From: the human T2T-CHM13v2.0 reference genome, Homo sapiens | Assembly (NCBI RefSeq): GCF_009914755.1 | Contig: NC_060926.1 | Strand: one strand, 5' to 3' | DNA: 64,000 bases | Part shown: one piece after another, positions 40,250-54,019 of the stretch | Numbering within the stretch: the stretch's first letter is position 1 | Layout of the letters: every line of letters begins with the position of its first letter | The notes under the pieces: model-generated | Told to the model about the DNA's origin: nothing | Database searches by the model: none | What the model saw: the letters and a program-made list of their open reading frames with translations, nothing else | Program-made: the position numbers and the translations under genes

Positions 40250-40970
40250 ACATTGTTAAACCAAAGTGAGCATATCATAAGCCATAAGTAGAAGTGAACA
40301 GATCATAAATATACAGCTTGGTGAGTTAAATGAATAATCGTAAGTGACCACTCCTGGAAACAGCCATCCTGAAATCTAACATTGCCAACATTCCTGTGTG
40401 TCCATGCCCAGTGACTGCAAGAGGAAATCACTTTTCTGCCTTCTAATTCAGTCTCGTGGTGCCCATTTTTGAACTTTATATAAGTAAAACAGTGTGTGCT
40501 CCTTTGTGTCTGGTTTCTGTTGCTGAACATCATGTTTTTGAGATTCTCCCATGTAAATGGAGCTGGAAATGGGGCTGGAGTGTGACATGTTACAGCATTC
40601 ATATCACATAATATCAGGGCATGTCATACATTATGTCATATAATCACGTCATGCCATGCACATGGATACACAGCAAGGTACCTGCCCATTCTAGTGTTGA
40701 TGGACACTTGGATTGTTTCTGGTTACGGTTACGGGGTTATGAATCATGGAGCAATAAACATCCTTCTGCATGTCTTTTAGTGTATTTCTGTTGGATATAA
40801 ACCTAAGAATAAAATTGTAGATTATGATATAGATAGATTATAGATGGATAGGCAGACAGATATGAACAATATAAGTCCATAATACTAAACAACTTTTCAA
40901 AGTGGTTGTACTCCCACCAGGCAGGACTGTATTAGTGTTTCATTTATTCCATTTTTTTCCCAAAATAAGT
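40250..40970 (-). mobile_element. Old L1ME 3' end
   Basis: ttttgaactttatataagtaaa...ccattctagtgttgatggacacttggattgtttc. Confidence 0.7.
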
Positions 40971-40972
40971 AT

Positions 40973-43900
40973 TATCACAGTCCATTTAGTGTTGCTATAA
41001 AGGAATACCTAAGGCTGGGTAGTTTATAAATAAAAGAGGTTTATTTGGCTTGCAATTCTGCTTGATGGAAGGCTCAAGTTTGGGCATCTGGTGAGGACCT
41101 CAAGTGGCTTACAGTTCTGGCAGAGGTGCAGGGGAGCCAGTGTGCAGAGATCACAGGGTAAGAGAGGAAGCAGGTGGAAGTACCAGGCTCATTTTAACAA
41201 CCAGGTCTCGTGGGAACTAATGGAGGGGGGACTCACTCACCCTCAAGTAAAGGTGTAAATCTATTATCTATTTTTGACAAATCCACCTCCCTGATCCAAA
41301 CACTTCCTATTAAGCACCACCTCCAAGATTAAGGATCAGATTTTTTTTATTATTATTATACTTTAAGTTTTGGGATACAAGTACAGAATGTGCAGGTTTG
41401 TTACATAGGTATACATGTGCCATGGTGGTTTGCTGCATCCATCAACCCATCATCTACTTTAGTTATTTCTCCTAATGCTATCCCTCCCCTTGCCCCCCAC
41501 CCCACAACAGGCCCCAGTATGTGATGTTCCTCTCCCTGTGTCCATGTGTTCTCATTGTTCAACTCCCACTTATGAGTGAGAACATGAGATGTTTGGTTTT
41601 CTGTTCCTGTGTTAGTTTGCTGAGAATGATGGTTTCCAGCTTCATCCATGTCCCTGCAAAGGACATAAACTCATCCTTTTTTATGGCTGCATCGTATTCG
41701 ATGGTGTATATGTGTCATATTTTCTTTATCCAGTCTGTCATTGAGGGGTATTTGGGTTGGTTCCAAGTTTTTGCTATTGTGAATAGTGCTGCAATAAACA
41801 TACATGTGCATGTGTCTTTATAGTAGAATTATTTATAATCCTTTGGGTATATACTCTGTAATGGGATTCCTGGGTCAAATGGTATTTCTGGATCTAGATG
41901 CTTGAGGAATTGCAACACTGTCTTCCACAATGGTTAAATTAATTTACACTCCCACCAACAGTGTAAAAGTGTTCCTATTTCTCCACATCCTCTCCAGCAT
42001 CTGTTGTTTCCTGACTTTTAATGATCACCATTTTAACTGGCATGAGATGATATCTCATTGTGGTTTTAATTTGCATTTCTCTAATGACCAGTGATGATGA
42101 GCTTTTTTTCATATGTTTGTTGGCCACATAAATGTCTTCTTTGAGAAGTGTCTCTTCATATCCTTTGCCCATTTTTTGATGGGGTTGTTTTTTTTTCTTG
42201 TAAATTTGTTTAAGTTCCTTGTAGATTCTGGATATTAGTCCTTTGTCAGATGGATAGATTGCAAAAATTTTCTCCCATTCTGTAGGTTGCCTGTTCACTC
42301 TAATTATAGTTTCTTTTGCTGTGCAGAAGCTCTTTAGTTTAATTAGATCCCATTTGTCAATTATGGCTTTTGTTGCCATGGCTTTTGGAGTTTTAGTAAT
42401 ATGCTTGATGATTATGTATCTTGAGGTTGCTCTTCTTGAGGAGTATCTTTGTGGTGTTCTCTATATTTACTGAATTTGAATGTTGGCCTGTCTTGATAGG
42501 ATGAGGAAGTTCCCCTGGATAATATCCTGAAGAGTGTTTTCCATCTTGGTTCCATTCTTCACGTCACTTTCACATACAACCATTAAACATAGTTTGGTCT
42601 TTTCACATAGTCCCATATTTCTTGGAGGCTTTGTTTGTTCCTTATTATTCTTTTTTCTCTAATCTTGTCTTCATGCTTTATTTCATTAAGTTGATCTTCA
42701 ATCTCAGATATCCTTTCTTCTGCTTGATTGATTCAGTTTGATACTTGTGTATGCTTCACAAAGTTCTCATGCTATGTTCTTCAGCTCCACTGGGTCACTT
42801 GTGTTCTTCTGTAAACTGGCTATTCTAGTTAGCAATTCCTCTAACCTTTTTTCAAGGTTCTTAGCTTCCTTGCGTTGGGTTAGAACATGCTCCTTTAGCT
42901 CGGAGGAGTTTGTTGTTAACCATCTTCTGAAGCCTACTTCTGTCAATTCGTCAAACTCATTCTCTGTCCAGTTGTGTTCCCTTGCTGGTGAGGAGTTGTT
43001 GTCCTTTGGAGGAGAAGAGGTGTTCTGGTTTTTGGAATTTTCAGCCTTTTTGCACTGATTTTTGCTCATCTTCATGGATTTATCTACGTTTTGTCTTTGA
43101 TGTTGGTGACCTTTGGATGGGGTTTTTGTGTGGATATCCTTTTTGTTGATGTTGATGCTATTCCTTCCTGTTTGTTAGTTTTCCTTCTAACAATCAGGCC
43201 CCTCTGCTGCAGGTCTGCTGGAGTTTGCTGGAGGTCTACTCCAGATCCTGTTTGCCTAGGTATCACTAGTCCAGGCTGCAGAATAGCAAAGTTTGCTGCC
43301 TGTTCCTTCCTCTGGAAGTTTTGTCCCAGAGGGGGATCTGCCAGATGCCAGCCAGAGCTCTCCTGTGTAAGGTGTCTGTCAGCCCCTGCTGGAAGGTGTC
43401 ACCCAGTGAGGAGGCACAGGGGTCAAGGACCCACTTGAAAAGGTAGTCTATCCCTTAGCAGAGCTCAATTGCTGTGCTGGAAAATCTGCTGTTCTCTTCA
43501 GAACTCGCAGGCAGGAACATTTAAGTCTACTGAAGCTGTACCCACAACAGCCCCTTCCCCCAGGTGCTCTTTCCAAGAAAGATGGGAGTTTTATCTATAA
43601 GCCCCTGACTGGGACTGTTGCCTTTCTTTCAGAGATGCCCTGCCCAGAGAAGAGGTGTCTAGAGAGGCAGTCTGGCTACAGCAGCTTTGCGGAGCTGCGG
43701 TGGCTCCACCCACTTCGAACTTCCTGGTGGCTTTGTTTACACTGTGAGGGGAAAACTGCCTACTCAAACCTCAGTAATGGCGGACACCCTTCCCCCCATC
43801 AAGCTTGAGTGTCCCAGGTGGACTTCAGACTGCTGTGCTGGCAGTGAGAATTTCAAGCCAGTGGATCTTAGCTGGCTAGGCTCCATGGGGGTAGGATCTG

Positions 43901-44467
43901 CTGAGCTAGATCACTTGGCTCCCTGGCTTCAGCTTCCTTTCTAGGGGAGTAAATGGTTCTGTCTTGCTGGTGTTCCAGGCGCCATTGGGGTATGAAAAAA
44001 ACCTCCTGCAGCTAGCTCAGCGTCTGCCCAAACAGCTGCCCAGTTTTGTGCTTGAAACCCAGGGTCCTGGTGGTGTAGGCACCTGAGGGAATCTCCTGGT
44101 CTGTGGATTGAGAAGACCATTGGAAAAGTGTAGTGTCTGTGCCAGAATGCACCATTCCTCATGGCACAGTCCCTCACAGCTTCTCTTGGCTAGGGGAGGG
44201 AGTTCCCCACCCTGTGCACCTCCTGAGTGAGGGAACACCCACCCTGCTTCCACTCACCCTCCGTGGGCTGCACCCACCGTCTAACCAGTCCCAGTGAGAT
44301 GACCTGGGTGCCTCATTTGGAAATGTAGAAATCACCCGCCTTCTGCTTTGATCTCTCTGGGAGCTGCAGACCGGAGCTGTTCCTATTTGGCCATCTTGCC
44401 AGCCACCATCGAGGATTAGATTTTAACATGAGAATTGGTGGGAACAAACCATGTCCAAACTATGGCA
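40973..44467 (-). mobile_element. MSTB-like LTR split by L1PA7 (40973-41340 and about 44411-44467)
   Basis: agtccatttagtgttgctataaaggaatacct; resumes as ttttaacatgag...ccaaactatggca. Confidence 0.8.
41341..44409 (-). mobile_element. L1PA7-like element with 5'UTR, partial ORF1, ORF2 C-terminus and 3'UTR; large internal deletion
   Basis: ORF 41975..42379 ([23 protein letters not shown]) is ORF2; ORF 42767..43075 is the ORF1 N-terminus; TSD attaaggatcagatttt / atcgaggattagatttt. Confidence 0.92.
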
Positions 44468-47120
44468 GATATAATGTCTAAAAATGAAAATATATGCAAT
44501 CTTCAAGAAATAAAGCAAATAACCTACCTTACAATTTTTTTCATTTTAAAAAGCATTAAGAATAGCTGAAAATTAAAGCTTCTTATTAATACTAATTTAA
44601 TGAGAAAATTTAATAAACATAAACACCAAGAAGTTTTTCCCTAATTATGGTTGTACTATATACTAATCTTCTTAAGGAGTTCTCAACAGATTCCGCACTC
44701 TGCAAACTCCCTTCGTTAATTTATTTTCTGAGGTTTCAAGGCCTATTGGTGCAGCAGGCTCATTACTTTCAGGGCAAAGCCTTTCCAACCCTGGCCTTTT
44801 AAATTGGGGTCAGTGTGTACATTTCCACACAATTTAGGTTTTCATCTTTCATATCTCTAGTTAAACTCTTTATTAAAGAAGAGTTTCAGCACACATCATT
44901 TAAAATTCTTCTGACTTGTAATGTCCTAAGACCACTGTATAGCCTCTTACGAAATAGTATTTAGACTTCATCTTTTATTTGATTTACTAGAAGTGTAATC
45001 CTTGCCTATTTCTTCTTAAGATCATAACTTTCAAACACGAGAAAACTAACCTAGAGCGATAGGAGTGTTGCACACCTGAGAATTGTAGCTCCCTATCTGT
45101 CTGCACCAACAGATTCTAATTAATAGCTGCTTTCTTTGGAGATGTGGTCCTGAGGTTAGGGATTTTGCTACACAGTCAGTTAGGCTGATGGGTATAATTA
45201 AGACTTTCTCGGGGTTTCTTCCTATCAATTCATGAGGAGGAGGAAGGCCCATTACCAAAGTCATCCTAGGAGTACAAAGACGTCTAGACAGAGACTTATT
45301 CTTCCTAAATATGTGTTGATGAATGGATTGAGAGAGAACAAGGAAGTAAGAACACAATGACAGGCGAATTTTTTCCCCGGCTTGTGAAAATTCCATAGAG
45401 TTTGATAGGGACTTATCCATGCTGAAGGAAGCTGAGGTATTTGGTGATGTAAAACCTAGTCCAATATTCAGCTACATTCCTGTAATACTCTTTGGCTTAA
45501 ACGTCTAACATGCTTTTTTTCTGCATCAAGTATTTTAGTTAGTGGCTTGTTTTTTTCCCTGATATCACAGGACAGCCTTCTGCCCCCAAAACTGGGAAGA
45601 CAGACAAGGGGACACAGAGAATTAAAGCTCACTGGAGGACAAACCTGTGAGCGGAACCCTAAAGAAAACCAGTACAGAGTGGGATAACCTGAGCCATAAT
45701 TCACAGATTTCTACAACAGTGTGGACAAGCCTGACAGTTAAAAACACAGGGGGACCCAGTCACGGGGGCCCCCACACTTTTGTGAGCTTTATCTCCGGGA
45801 GCCTACCAGGCCTTCACAGTGATGATCAGAGAAAAATCCCTTGGCTTCCAACAACGGGAAGTGGAAAGTAGCCTCTTGAAATATGTCAGAGCACTCTGTT
45901 CTTCTTCACAGGGACTGCCTCGGGAGAAACTATTTTACCAGAACTTAAACTATCAGGGTTTTATCAGAACCCAGCTGACCTGGGAGAAGGCAAATAGCCA
46001 ACTCCAGGCATCTATAGCCATTGCGTCACACCTAAGGAGAGGGGACGAGAAGCACAAGTGAATGTCACAGTCCAGGTCACAGAGTCACCAAACACCAAGA
46101 CCAGCTCCAAGGACTGTGAGACGCTTCTCCCCCCTACACTTCACCTCCACATCACGAAACATTGATTTAAAGCATCTCCTTTCGCTAAGTATGTCATGTC
46201 CAGTTTTCAACAGAAAATTACAAGGCAAACTAAAAAGCAAAAAATAGAGACAAAGTGAACAGTGTGAACATCAAAAACAGAGTCACATGCAGCAAGAATG
46301 TTGGAATGATCAGACCAGGAATTTAAAATAATCATGATGAATATGCTAAGTGCTCTAGTGGAAAATGTTGACAACATGCAAAAACACAGGTAATCTAAGT
46401 AGAGAGATCTAAGAAAGAAATGCTAGAAATCAAAAACACTGCAACAAACAAAGAATGCCTTTGGTGGGCTCGTTAACAGATTGGACTTGTCTGGAGGGAG
46501 TCTCTGAGCTTGAGGAAATGTCAATAGAAGCACAAAACTTACCAGAATTGCAGTGTACTTTTTGGCAGAAACCAACGAGTTGATTATAACATTTACAAGA
46601 AATTCCAAGGAACCTAGAATGGCCAAAATATTTTTGAAAAACAGGAACAAAGTAGAATGTACAGTTCATGGTTTGAAAACTTATTACAAAGTAACAGTGA
46701 TGAAGACAGCGGGCCACTGTAGAAGGACAGCAGTGTAGATCAATGGAATCAAATTGAGAACCCAGAAATAAACCTATGTCTATGGCCAACTGAACTTCAA
46801 CAAGTGTGCCAAGACCATTCGATTGGGAAAGAATAGTCCTTTCAACAACTGAGGCTGGGACAACTGGACAGCCACATGCAAAAGAATGAGACTGGACACT
46901 TAACTTACACCATAAACAAAAATTAACTCAGTATGGATCAGAGGTCTAAATGCAATAATATAAAATTATTAGGCAAAAACATAGGAATAAATCTCTGTAA
47001 CTGTATTTGGCAAATAATTCTTACATATGACATTAAAATCACAAACAAAAGAAAATATAGATACATTGGACTTTATCAAAATTAAAATCCACACTTTAAA
47101 GAATGCCATTAAGAAAGAGA

Positions 47121-47240
47121 CTGCACATGTACCCTAAAACTTAAAGTATAATAATAAGAAAATAATTTTACAATATTACAATATTTTCATAACATTTAAA
47201 ATATATTTTATTCCTCCAAGTAAAAAAAAAAAAAAAAAAA
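47121..47240 (+). mobile_element. Ultra-short young L1 3' end plus 3'-transduced sequence and poly(A)
   Basis: tgcacatgtaccctaaaacttaaagtataataataa, about 60 nt of non-L1 sequence, A tract; TSD aagaaagaga at 47111-20 and 47241-50. Confidence 0.88.
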
Positions 47241-48101
47241 AAGAAAGAGAAAAGACAATCCACAGGATGAGAGAAAGCTTTTACTGATCATATATTAGAT
47301 AAGGCACAGGTATGAGAATATATAAAGAATACTTGCAACTCAATAATAAGAAGATAAATAACCCAGCTAAAAAGTTGACAGAAGATTATAATATACATTT
47401 CTGCCAAGAAGGTATATAAGTGGCCAATATACACATGTAAAGATGTTGAACTTTTTAGTCATCAGATTAAATTAAATCCAATCAAAGTGTAATGCGATAC
47501 CACTGCCATCCAATAGGATGTCTGGAATTAAAAAGCTGACTAATAGCAAGTGCTGGTAAGTATAATACATGAGAAGTCAGAATTCTCACACACTACTGGT
47601 GGAAATGGTCCAGCTGCTTTGAAAAGCAGTCGGGCAGTGCCTCAAATGATTCAACATAGAGTCACCTTATGATCCAGCAATTCTGTTCCTAGAGATATAC
47701 CTAAGAGAAACGAAAACATATGCTTATACGTAAAGTTCAACACAAATGTTTATAGTGGCATTGTTCATAAACGTTAACAAGTGTACACAGTCCAAAACGT
47801 CATCATTTGACAAATGAATAAAAAATATGGAATATCCACACAATAGAATATTATTTGGCCATAAAAAGGAATGAAGTACTGATACATGTGTCAACATAGA
47901 TGAACTTGAAAACTTTAGCTAAGTGAAAGAAACCAGCTACTCAAGACATATTACAATTACACATATTGTGTAATTCCATTCATATCAATTGTCCAGAACA
48001 GGAAATCTATATAGACACAAAGTATATTCATTCTTGCTTAGGGCCGGGGGCAATATAGAGATTGGAAGATAGGGGAGTTATGGTTACAATGTATGGGTTT
48101 T

Positions 48102-48367
48102 CCAGCACTTTGGAAGGCCGAGGCCAGTGGATCACGAGGTCAGGAGATCAAGACCATCCTGGCTAACACGGTGAAACCCTGTCTCTACTAAAAATACAAA
48201 CAATTAGCCGGGCGTGGTGGTGGGTGCCTGTAGTCCCAGCTACTTAAGAGGCTGAGGCAGGAGAATGGCGTGAACCTGGGAGGCGGAGTTTGCAGTGAGC
48301 CAAGATTGCACCACTGCACTCCAGCATGGGCGACAGAGCCAGACTCCGTCTTAAAAAAAAAAAAAAA
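48102..48367 (+). mobile_element. 5'-truncated AluY
   Basis: gatcacgaggtcaggagatc, ggctaacacggtg, ggagaatggcgtgaacc; TSD gtatgggtttt. Confidence 0.95.
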
Positions 48368-49299
48368 GTATGGGTTTTTTTCTTGAAGTGATGAAAATGT
48401 TTAAAATTGATGGTGGTGCTGGTTACACATATCTATGGATATATTAAAAACCTTTGAAATAAACACTTTAAATGGGTGAATTTTGTATGTTGTATGGTGT
48501 GTGACTTATATCTCAATTACATTTTTTTTTAAAAAAAGAATGCTCCACATACATATACCCCCACCTCAAACACACATCTCACACAGACAGAGGTGCTCTC
48601 ACACACAGTCCCCATCACAAAGAGAAGCAAGTTACATACATACCTGCCTACCAAGTCAAATGTTTCCTATTTGAAATAAATGAGGGAGGGAAGGGATTTT
48701 CTTCTTGATGGTTGACATCCCCGATTGATTAAAAATAGAAAAAAATTTGAATAGTCTGATTAATTTCCTTTTAACTAATTGAATCAAAGCAATTTTTGGA
48801 AAGTTTGTTGTCTTAACTCCTTTCATTTAAATAGATAACCTAGATTAGAGACTAATCATTTGATTTTTAAAATTCCATTGAGTCTACTTGAAACAGGCAA
48901 CCATCCTCACAGTTCATTAAAATGAATCTAAATTTTCTAAATGAACCTATTCAAAACTAATCAGCTCAGTGTAAGTCTAACTAAGGTGATGGTTCTTGGG
49001 GTAATAGATGATAAACTCAAAAACCAAAATCCTTTAAATTATAAAACATACCTATGCTGTTAAGAATTGTTGGATGACGAGTGCGGTACTTTATGCTGCC
49101 AAGTGTTTTCACTGGCATTAAACACATCATTCCCAACAGGCTCACGTCAGTGACATAGGACTTACTCATTTCACAGTTTGATCATCTGCGTGGTATGCTC
49201 GGTCCATGCTCTCCCCAGTTAAGACACGTTAGACTTTAAATTCATGTAGTAAAGTTGTGGCTTAACTGTGTCCTGAGTCAAGAACGTAGTGTTCATGTT

Positions 49300-49600
49300 T
49301 GTGCACCACAGTTATTTGTAGGCCCTGCCATGCTTTGGGTCATTTTCTAGCTGCTGAGTATAAAGTAGTGAACGGGACTGCTCTAGGAAATTATCCTGGA
49401 GTAGATAGGCTCAGGGAAGCAGACAAAGGCAAGCGCGTAACTAAAAATTACTGGAGCTATTGTCACATGCTATGAGTACAAAACAGTAAGGTGAGGGCTT
49501 GGAGAGTGCCTTGGGGAAAAGTGGCTATTTGAGATGAGAGATGGGAGAAGGCCTCTCTGAAGAAGTGATATTTGCCCATGACAGATAGTGTGAGAAAGAA
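49300..49600 (-). mobile_element. L2 fragment
   Basis: gggagaaggcctctctgaagaagtgatatttg. Confidence 0.55.
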
Positions 49601-51449
49601 ATTGTTATCCAGTCATTCTGCATGTTTTCCGGAATACATTCCCAGGTATTACTGCGTCTGGTTAGGATATGCTCCAATTCACTTGGAATTGGGGAAATCA
49701 TAAGAATAATTAGCGATTTACAGTCTATCCTGTACTCTGCTTTTATTTAGGGTGATATGAGAGAGGTTTTTTTTTTTTTCTTTGCCATGAGTCTTAACCA
49801 GACTTGTTACAGTGAAGTCTTGCTCACTTCAAATAACAGAGGAGCACTGCCTACACCTCTAACTGCAGCCATCCTGGAAAACTATCTGTTTCCTCTCCAA
49901 ACAAATTAACAAACAATGCAAAAAGCAACATTTTATAAAGAGCATTCTTTGGAAGACTAGATCCAAGGAACATTAATACCTTTTTAATTAAAACAGATCA
50001 AATAAATTTGTAAAATCCTGGCTTAAACAGAGTTGGACTGGGATTTTGTTGTCGTTGTTGTTGTTTTGTTTTCCCCCAGATGGACATTTTGGAACCTTTA
50101 CTATACCAATTGCTTTTGAAATTTACCTCCAAGTCATATGATATCCCCTATTTTCAGATTGTTTTGGTGATGGAAACATTGGTCTCTGCCCCTTGGGCAC
50201 ATCACATATTTTGAAAATCGGGGTGTTGATTTTCCTTGATTCTTTTCTTTCTCTGTTTTAAATTTACATTAACTTAAAAGAGACAGAATGGTATTAGAAA
50301 ATTACTACAAACCAAAAAGAAGATCTTCTGGGCTACAGAAAAAATTAATAATTTTTTTAAATTTATGAAATGAGCAAAGAGCCACCTGCCAGGCCTAATG
50401 CACAAGGTGGATAGTAGAATCAAACAGAAATGTTAAGTACTATTATTACTATAATATTCTCCAAACAAACATACAGAAATTGCCTGCGCCAAACACATGC
50501 TTCATAAGTCCAGAAAAGGAATTTGACAAAGTAGCTTGCACACTGGTGACTCAGATTAATTCACAAGTATTTATAAAGCGCTAGCGAGCCTGCTGTACCA
50601 GGCAGAGGCGATCCCCGCCCTCTTGGAGAAGATGTTTCCCAGAAGATTCAGACACCAGGCAGGCAGGCAGAAAAACCATAGGGTTTCTGAGCATCCCAGG
50701 TGACAAGAAAGGTGAAAAGCAGAGAGAAGGGCCAGAGGGAGGGAAAACAAGAAGAATTTTACATACGATTACTCAGGAAAAGTTCTTTGAGGAAACGGTA
50801 TCTCATAGTATCTCAGCAGACATCTGGGTAAGAGGCAAGGAGCCCCATAGCTGTCTAAGTGAAGCACTGTGCAAACCTCTGTTTGCTGAGACCAGCGATT
50901 GTGATGGCCTTGAAAAAACACAGGTCTGTAAATAATAAAACACAATGCCCAGTATGTAACAGTTCAAGGCCAAAACACAGGATGGCCATACAATCCAGGT
51001 TTAAACTGAGAAAATAATATATCAGTTTTTATTATGACTTTATTGATATATTACTACTAACCCAGTCCCTAACCAATGTGCTGTGCTGAAGCAGAAAACT
51101 GATGCAAATCAATAATTTCTATACGCAAATTATTTTTCTTTAACTCACAGGACACAAGGCATTAGATGGCAAAGGCAAAAGGAAGAGTGTGTCTGCTCTT
51201 TCTGCCAAAATAGCTACTTAATACTAACAAACACAATAATAATAACAACAAAAGTAACATAATATGAATCTATAAGAACAACAAAAGGACTTTAACTTAT
51301 AATTAGAGATTACTTTGTCACTTTAAAAAGTTACATGCATATTTATGTATTTCCAACCCTGTAAAAATTAACATAAATTCAGATAATAACACTGAAGAAA
51401 ATTCTTTTCAAATCAAACAAACCATATAAAAATGCAATTATGACAAATT

Positions 51450-52556
51450 CCATGCAAAAGCACAATCCATGAAAAAAAGAGAAGTTGGACTTCACTAAAA
51501 TTAAAAACTTCTGCTCTGCAAAAGACACTGTTAAGAACATGAAAAGGCAAGCCACAGACTGGGAGAAAATCTTTGCAAAACACATATCTGATAATGGGCA
51601 TCCAAGTTATACAAAGAACTTTTAAGACTCAACAATAAGAAAACACAACAGCCTAATCAGAAAGTGACCAAAAAGTCTAAACCGACACTTCACCAAAGAA
51701 AATGTAAAATCCAGAACTCTGGCAACGCCATATGCTGGCGAGGACATGAAGCCACAGGAACTCTCATTCATGCTGCTGGGAATGCAAAATGGTGCAGCCA
51801 CTTTAGAAGACAGTTTGGCATTTTCTTATAAAATTAAATATACTCTTACCATATGATCCAGCATTCGTATTCCTTGGTATTTACCCAAATGAATTGAAAA
51901 CTTATCTACACAAAAATCTGCACACTGATGTTTATAGCAGCCGTATTCATAACTGCCAAAACTAGAAACAACCAAGATGTCCTTCAGCAGGTGAATGGAT
52001 AAACTAGTCCATCCAGACAATGAAATATTATTCAGTGTTAAAAAGAAATGAGCTATCCCGTCATGAAAAGACATGGAGGAGCCTTAAATGCATATTACTA
52101 AGTGAAAGAAACCAATCTGAAAAGGCTACATATGGTATGATTCCAACTATAGGACATTCTGGAAAAACAAAACTATGGAGACGTAAAAAGCTCAGTGGTT
52201 GCCAAGGGCTGGTGAGGGGAGGGCTGAACTCGGAGAGAACAGGGAATTTTTAGGGCAGTGGAATTATTCTGTATTGTATAATAATGGTAGTTACATGACA
52301 TTTGTCAAAACCCATAGAATTCCGCAACAGGAAGAGTAAACTCTAATGCAAACTATGGACTTGAGTTAATAATAATGTTTCAATATGAGTTCCTCAGTTG
52401 TAATACTGCACCACACCAATGCAACATGTTAACAATAGTGGAAACTGTGGGGCGAGGTGGAGAGGGAGGTATGCGGGAACTCTGTTCCGCTCAATTCTTC
52501 TGTAAACTTAAAACTACTCTTGAAAATCAAGTTTGTTCATTAAAAATAAATAAATA
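51450..52556 (+). mobile_element. L1MC (MC1-like) 3' end
   Basis: ggacttcactaaaattaaaaacttctgctctgcaaaagac...aaactatggacttgagttaataata...tgtaaacttaaaact. Confidence 0.85.
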
Positions 52557-52899
52557 ATGCAATGACAATGTGAAAACGACCCCATTAACTTGTTCTTAGT
52601 ATTAGAATGCTAGAATTAGAGCTGACACTTCAAAATATCATAGCTTTTTAATTCTTTGATGTCCTTTCTCACAGTAAAAAGGAAACAAACATAGAACATA
52701 TGTATTCTCACGAGGTGACTCTAGTGACTTTTTCACAGGTCTACAATATGCATGACTTTCATTTGGTAACTTTTTACCCATTTTGCAGTTTACTGTTGAT
52801 TTTTGTTGTTGTTAGTGTCATGGGAAGTCAACAAACTACAGTCTCCAAATAAAAGCCATGCCATCTTTTGCAGTCTGAGACGTGAAGCCTCAGAGGGTT

Positions 52900-53970
52900 T
52901 CTCTACCACCACCCAAAATTACATCTCCCGGATAACCCTATACCCTCTGCTGTGCCTCCTGCCGGGCCCCATGTCAGGCTTTTCTTCCCAGGTTGTTTTG
53001 CATTTCCTGGGCCAGATCCAGCCTCACACCATGCTCCTTCCATTGTTGCATCTATTTTCTATATAGCAACTCTTCACCTCCTCAAACTCGAACTTCAGCA
53101 TAAAGCTGGCTTCCTCCCTTGTATGAAAATTGACCCCTAAGACTGCAGCCATCCCTTTTCTCCTTGGGGAAATGACTGAATAAACCCCTGCTTACCTGGT
53201 CTCCTGGCACCATATCTCCCATAGTCAATTTCCATTTTTCAGTGACAATAATAGTTACCTTTGTCAAAGCAAACCAAGACACACTCCTACTTGAAATTTT
53301 TCAGTGGCCTCCAACTGGCTTTAAGATAAAGAACAAATCTTTGACATGTCCTCAATTGTTTGGCATGGCCCCACCCTCCTTCCTTCACCAGCCTCATTTG
53401 CTAGATTCTCTGACCCCTCTTCTTGCCTGATGCTCCTGGTCTCTTTCAGTCCTTCCTATGTGCTGAACGCAAGTCCCTCACGGACCCCATGCATTATCTC
53501 CCCGAGGGACTTCTTCCCTCTTTTGGGTTTCTGTAGCATGATGCTCCTCTCCTGCAAAGCTCCTTACGATAATTTATGCAATGATTGTATTCATGTCTCT
53601 TCCACCTCTGTAAGCTTTCTAAAAGGATGCTCTCCTCCCTGCTCATCATGTCGCCCCCAAGCACTTAGAATAATAATGCCTGGTAATTAGTGATAATTGA
53701 TTGACACCTCCAGAATCTGCCCATTTGTCTTCACCCCATGGACACTCCTGGGACTTGTGGCCCCTCGGGTCTGATACAGACAGCCAAGCCAGTTACTCAC
53801 CTGGGGCCTTGACACCCTCCATCCATGCTCCACACTGTGGCCAGAATGTCCCGCTAAAGAGCAAATCTGATCATTTTTAAATTCTTGTCTCCAACTACTC
53901 TCAAGATACCGTCGCAAACTCTTTAGTGTAGTCTACAATACATCTTCTGGCTTATACTCTGCTTTATCTG
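52900..53970 (+). mobile_element. L2 fragments
   Basis: ctcaaactcgaact, cagtggcctccaactggc, ctccacactgtggccaga...aaatctgatcat. Confidence 0.6.
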
Positions 53971-54019
53971 TGCGGCTATATAGGGATATATATGTAAAAA
54001 ATAGGTCATATATACATAT

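Larger units (their letters stand above)
45570..48535 (+). mobile_element. L1MB-like element (5' region/ORF1 joined to ORF2 end and 3'UTR)
   Basis: ORF1-like gaatgatcagaccaggaatttaaaataatcatgatgaatatgct; ORF2 from about 46550; L1MB7/8-type 3' end. Confidence 0.75.

Noticed and set aside
41975-43075. L1 ORF1/ORF2 reading frames as functional CDS
   Set aside because: Frameshifted fragments of a deleted L1PA7.
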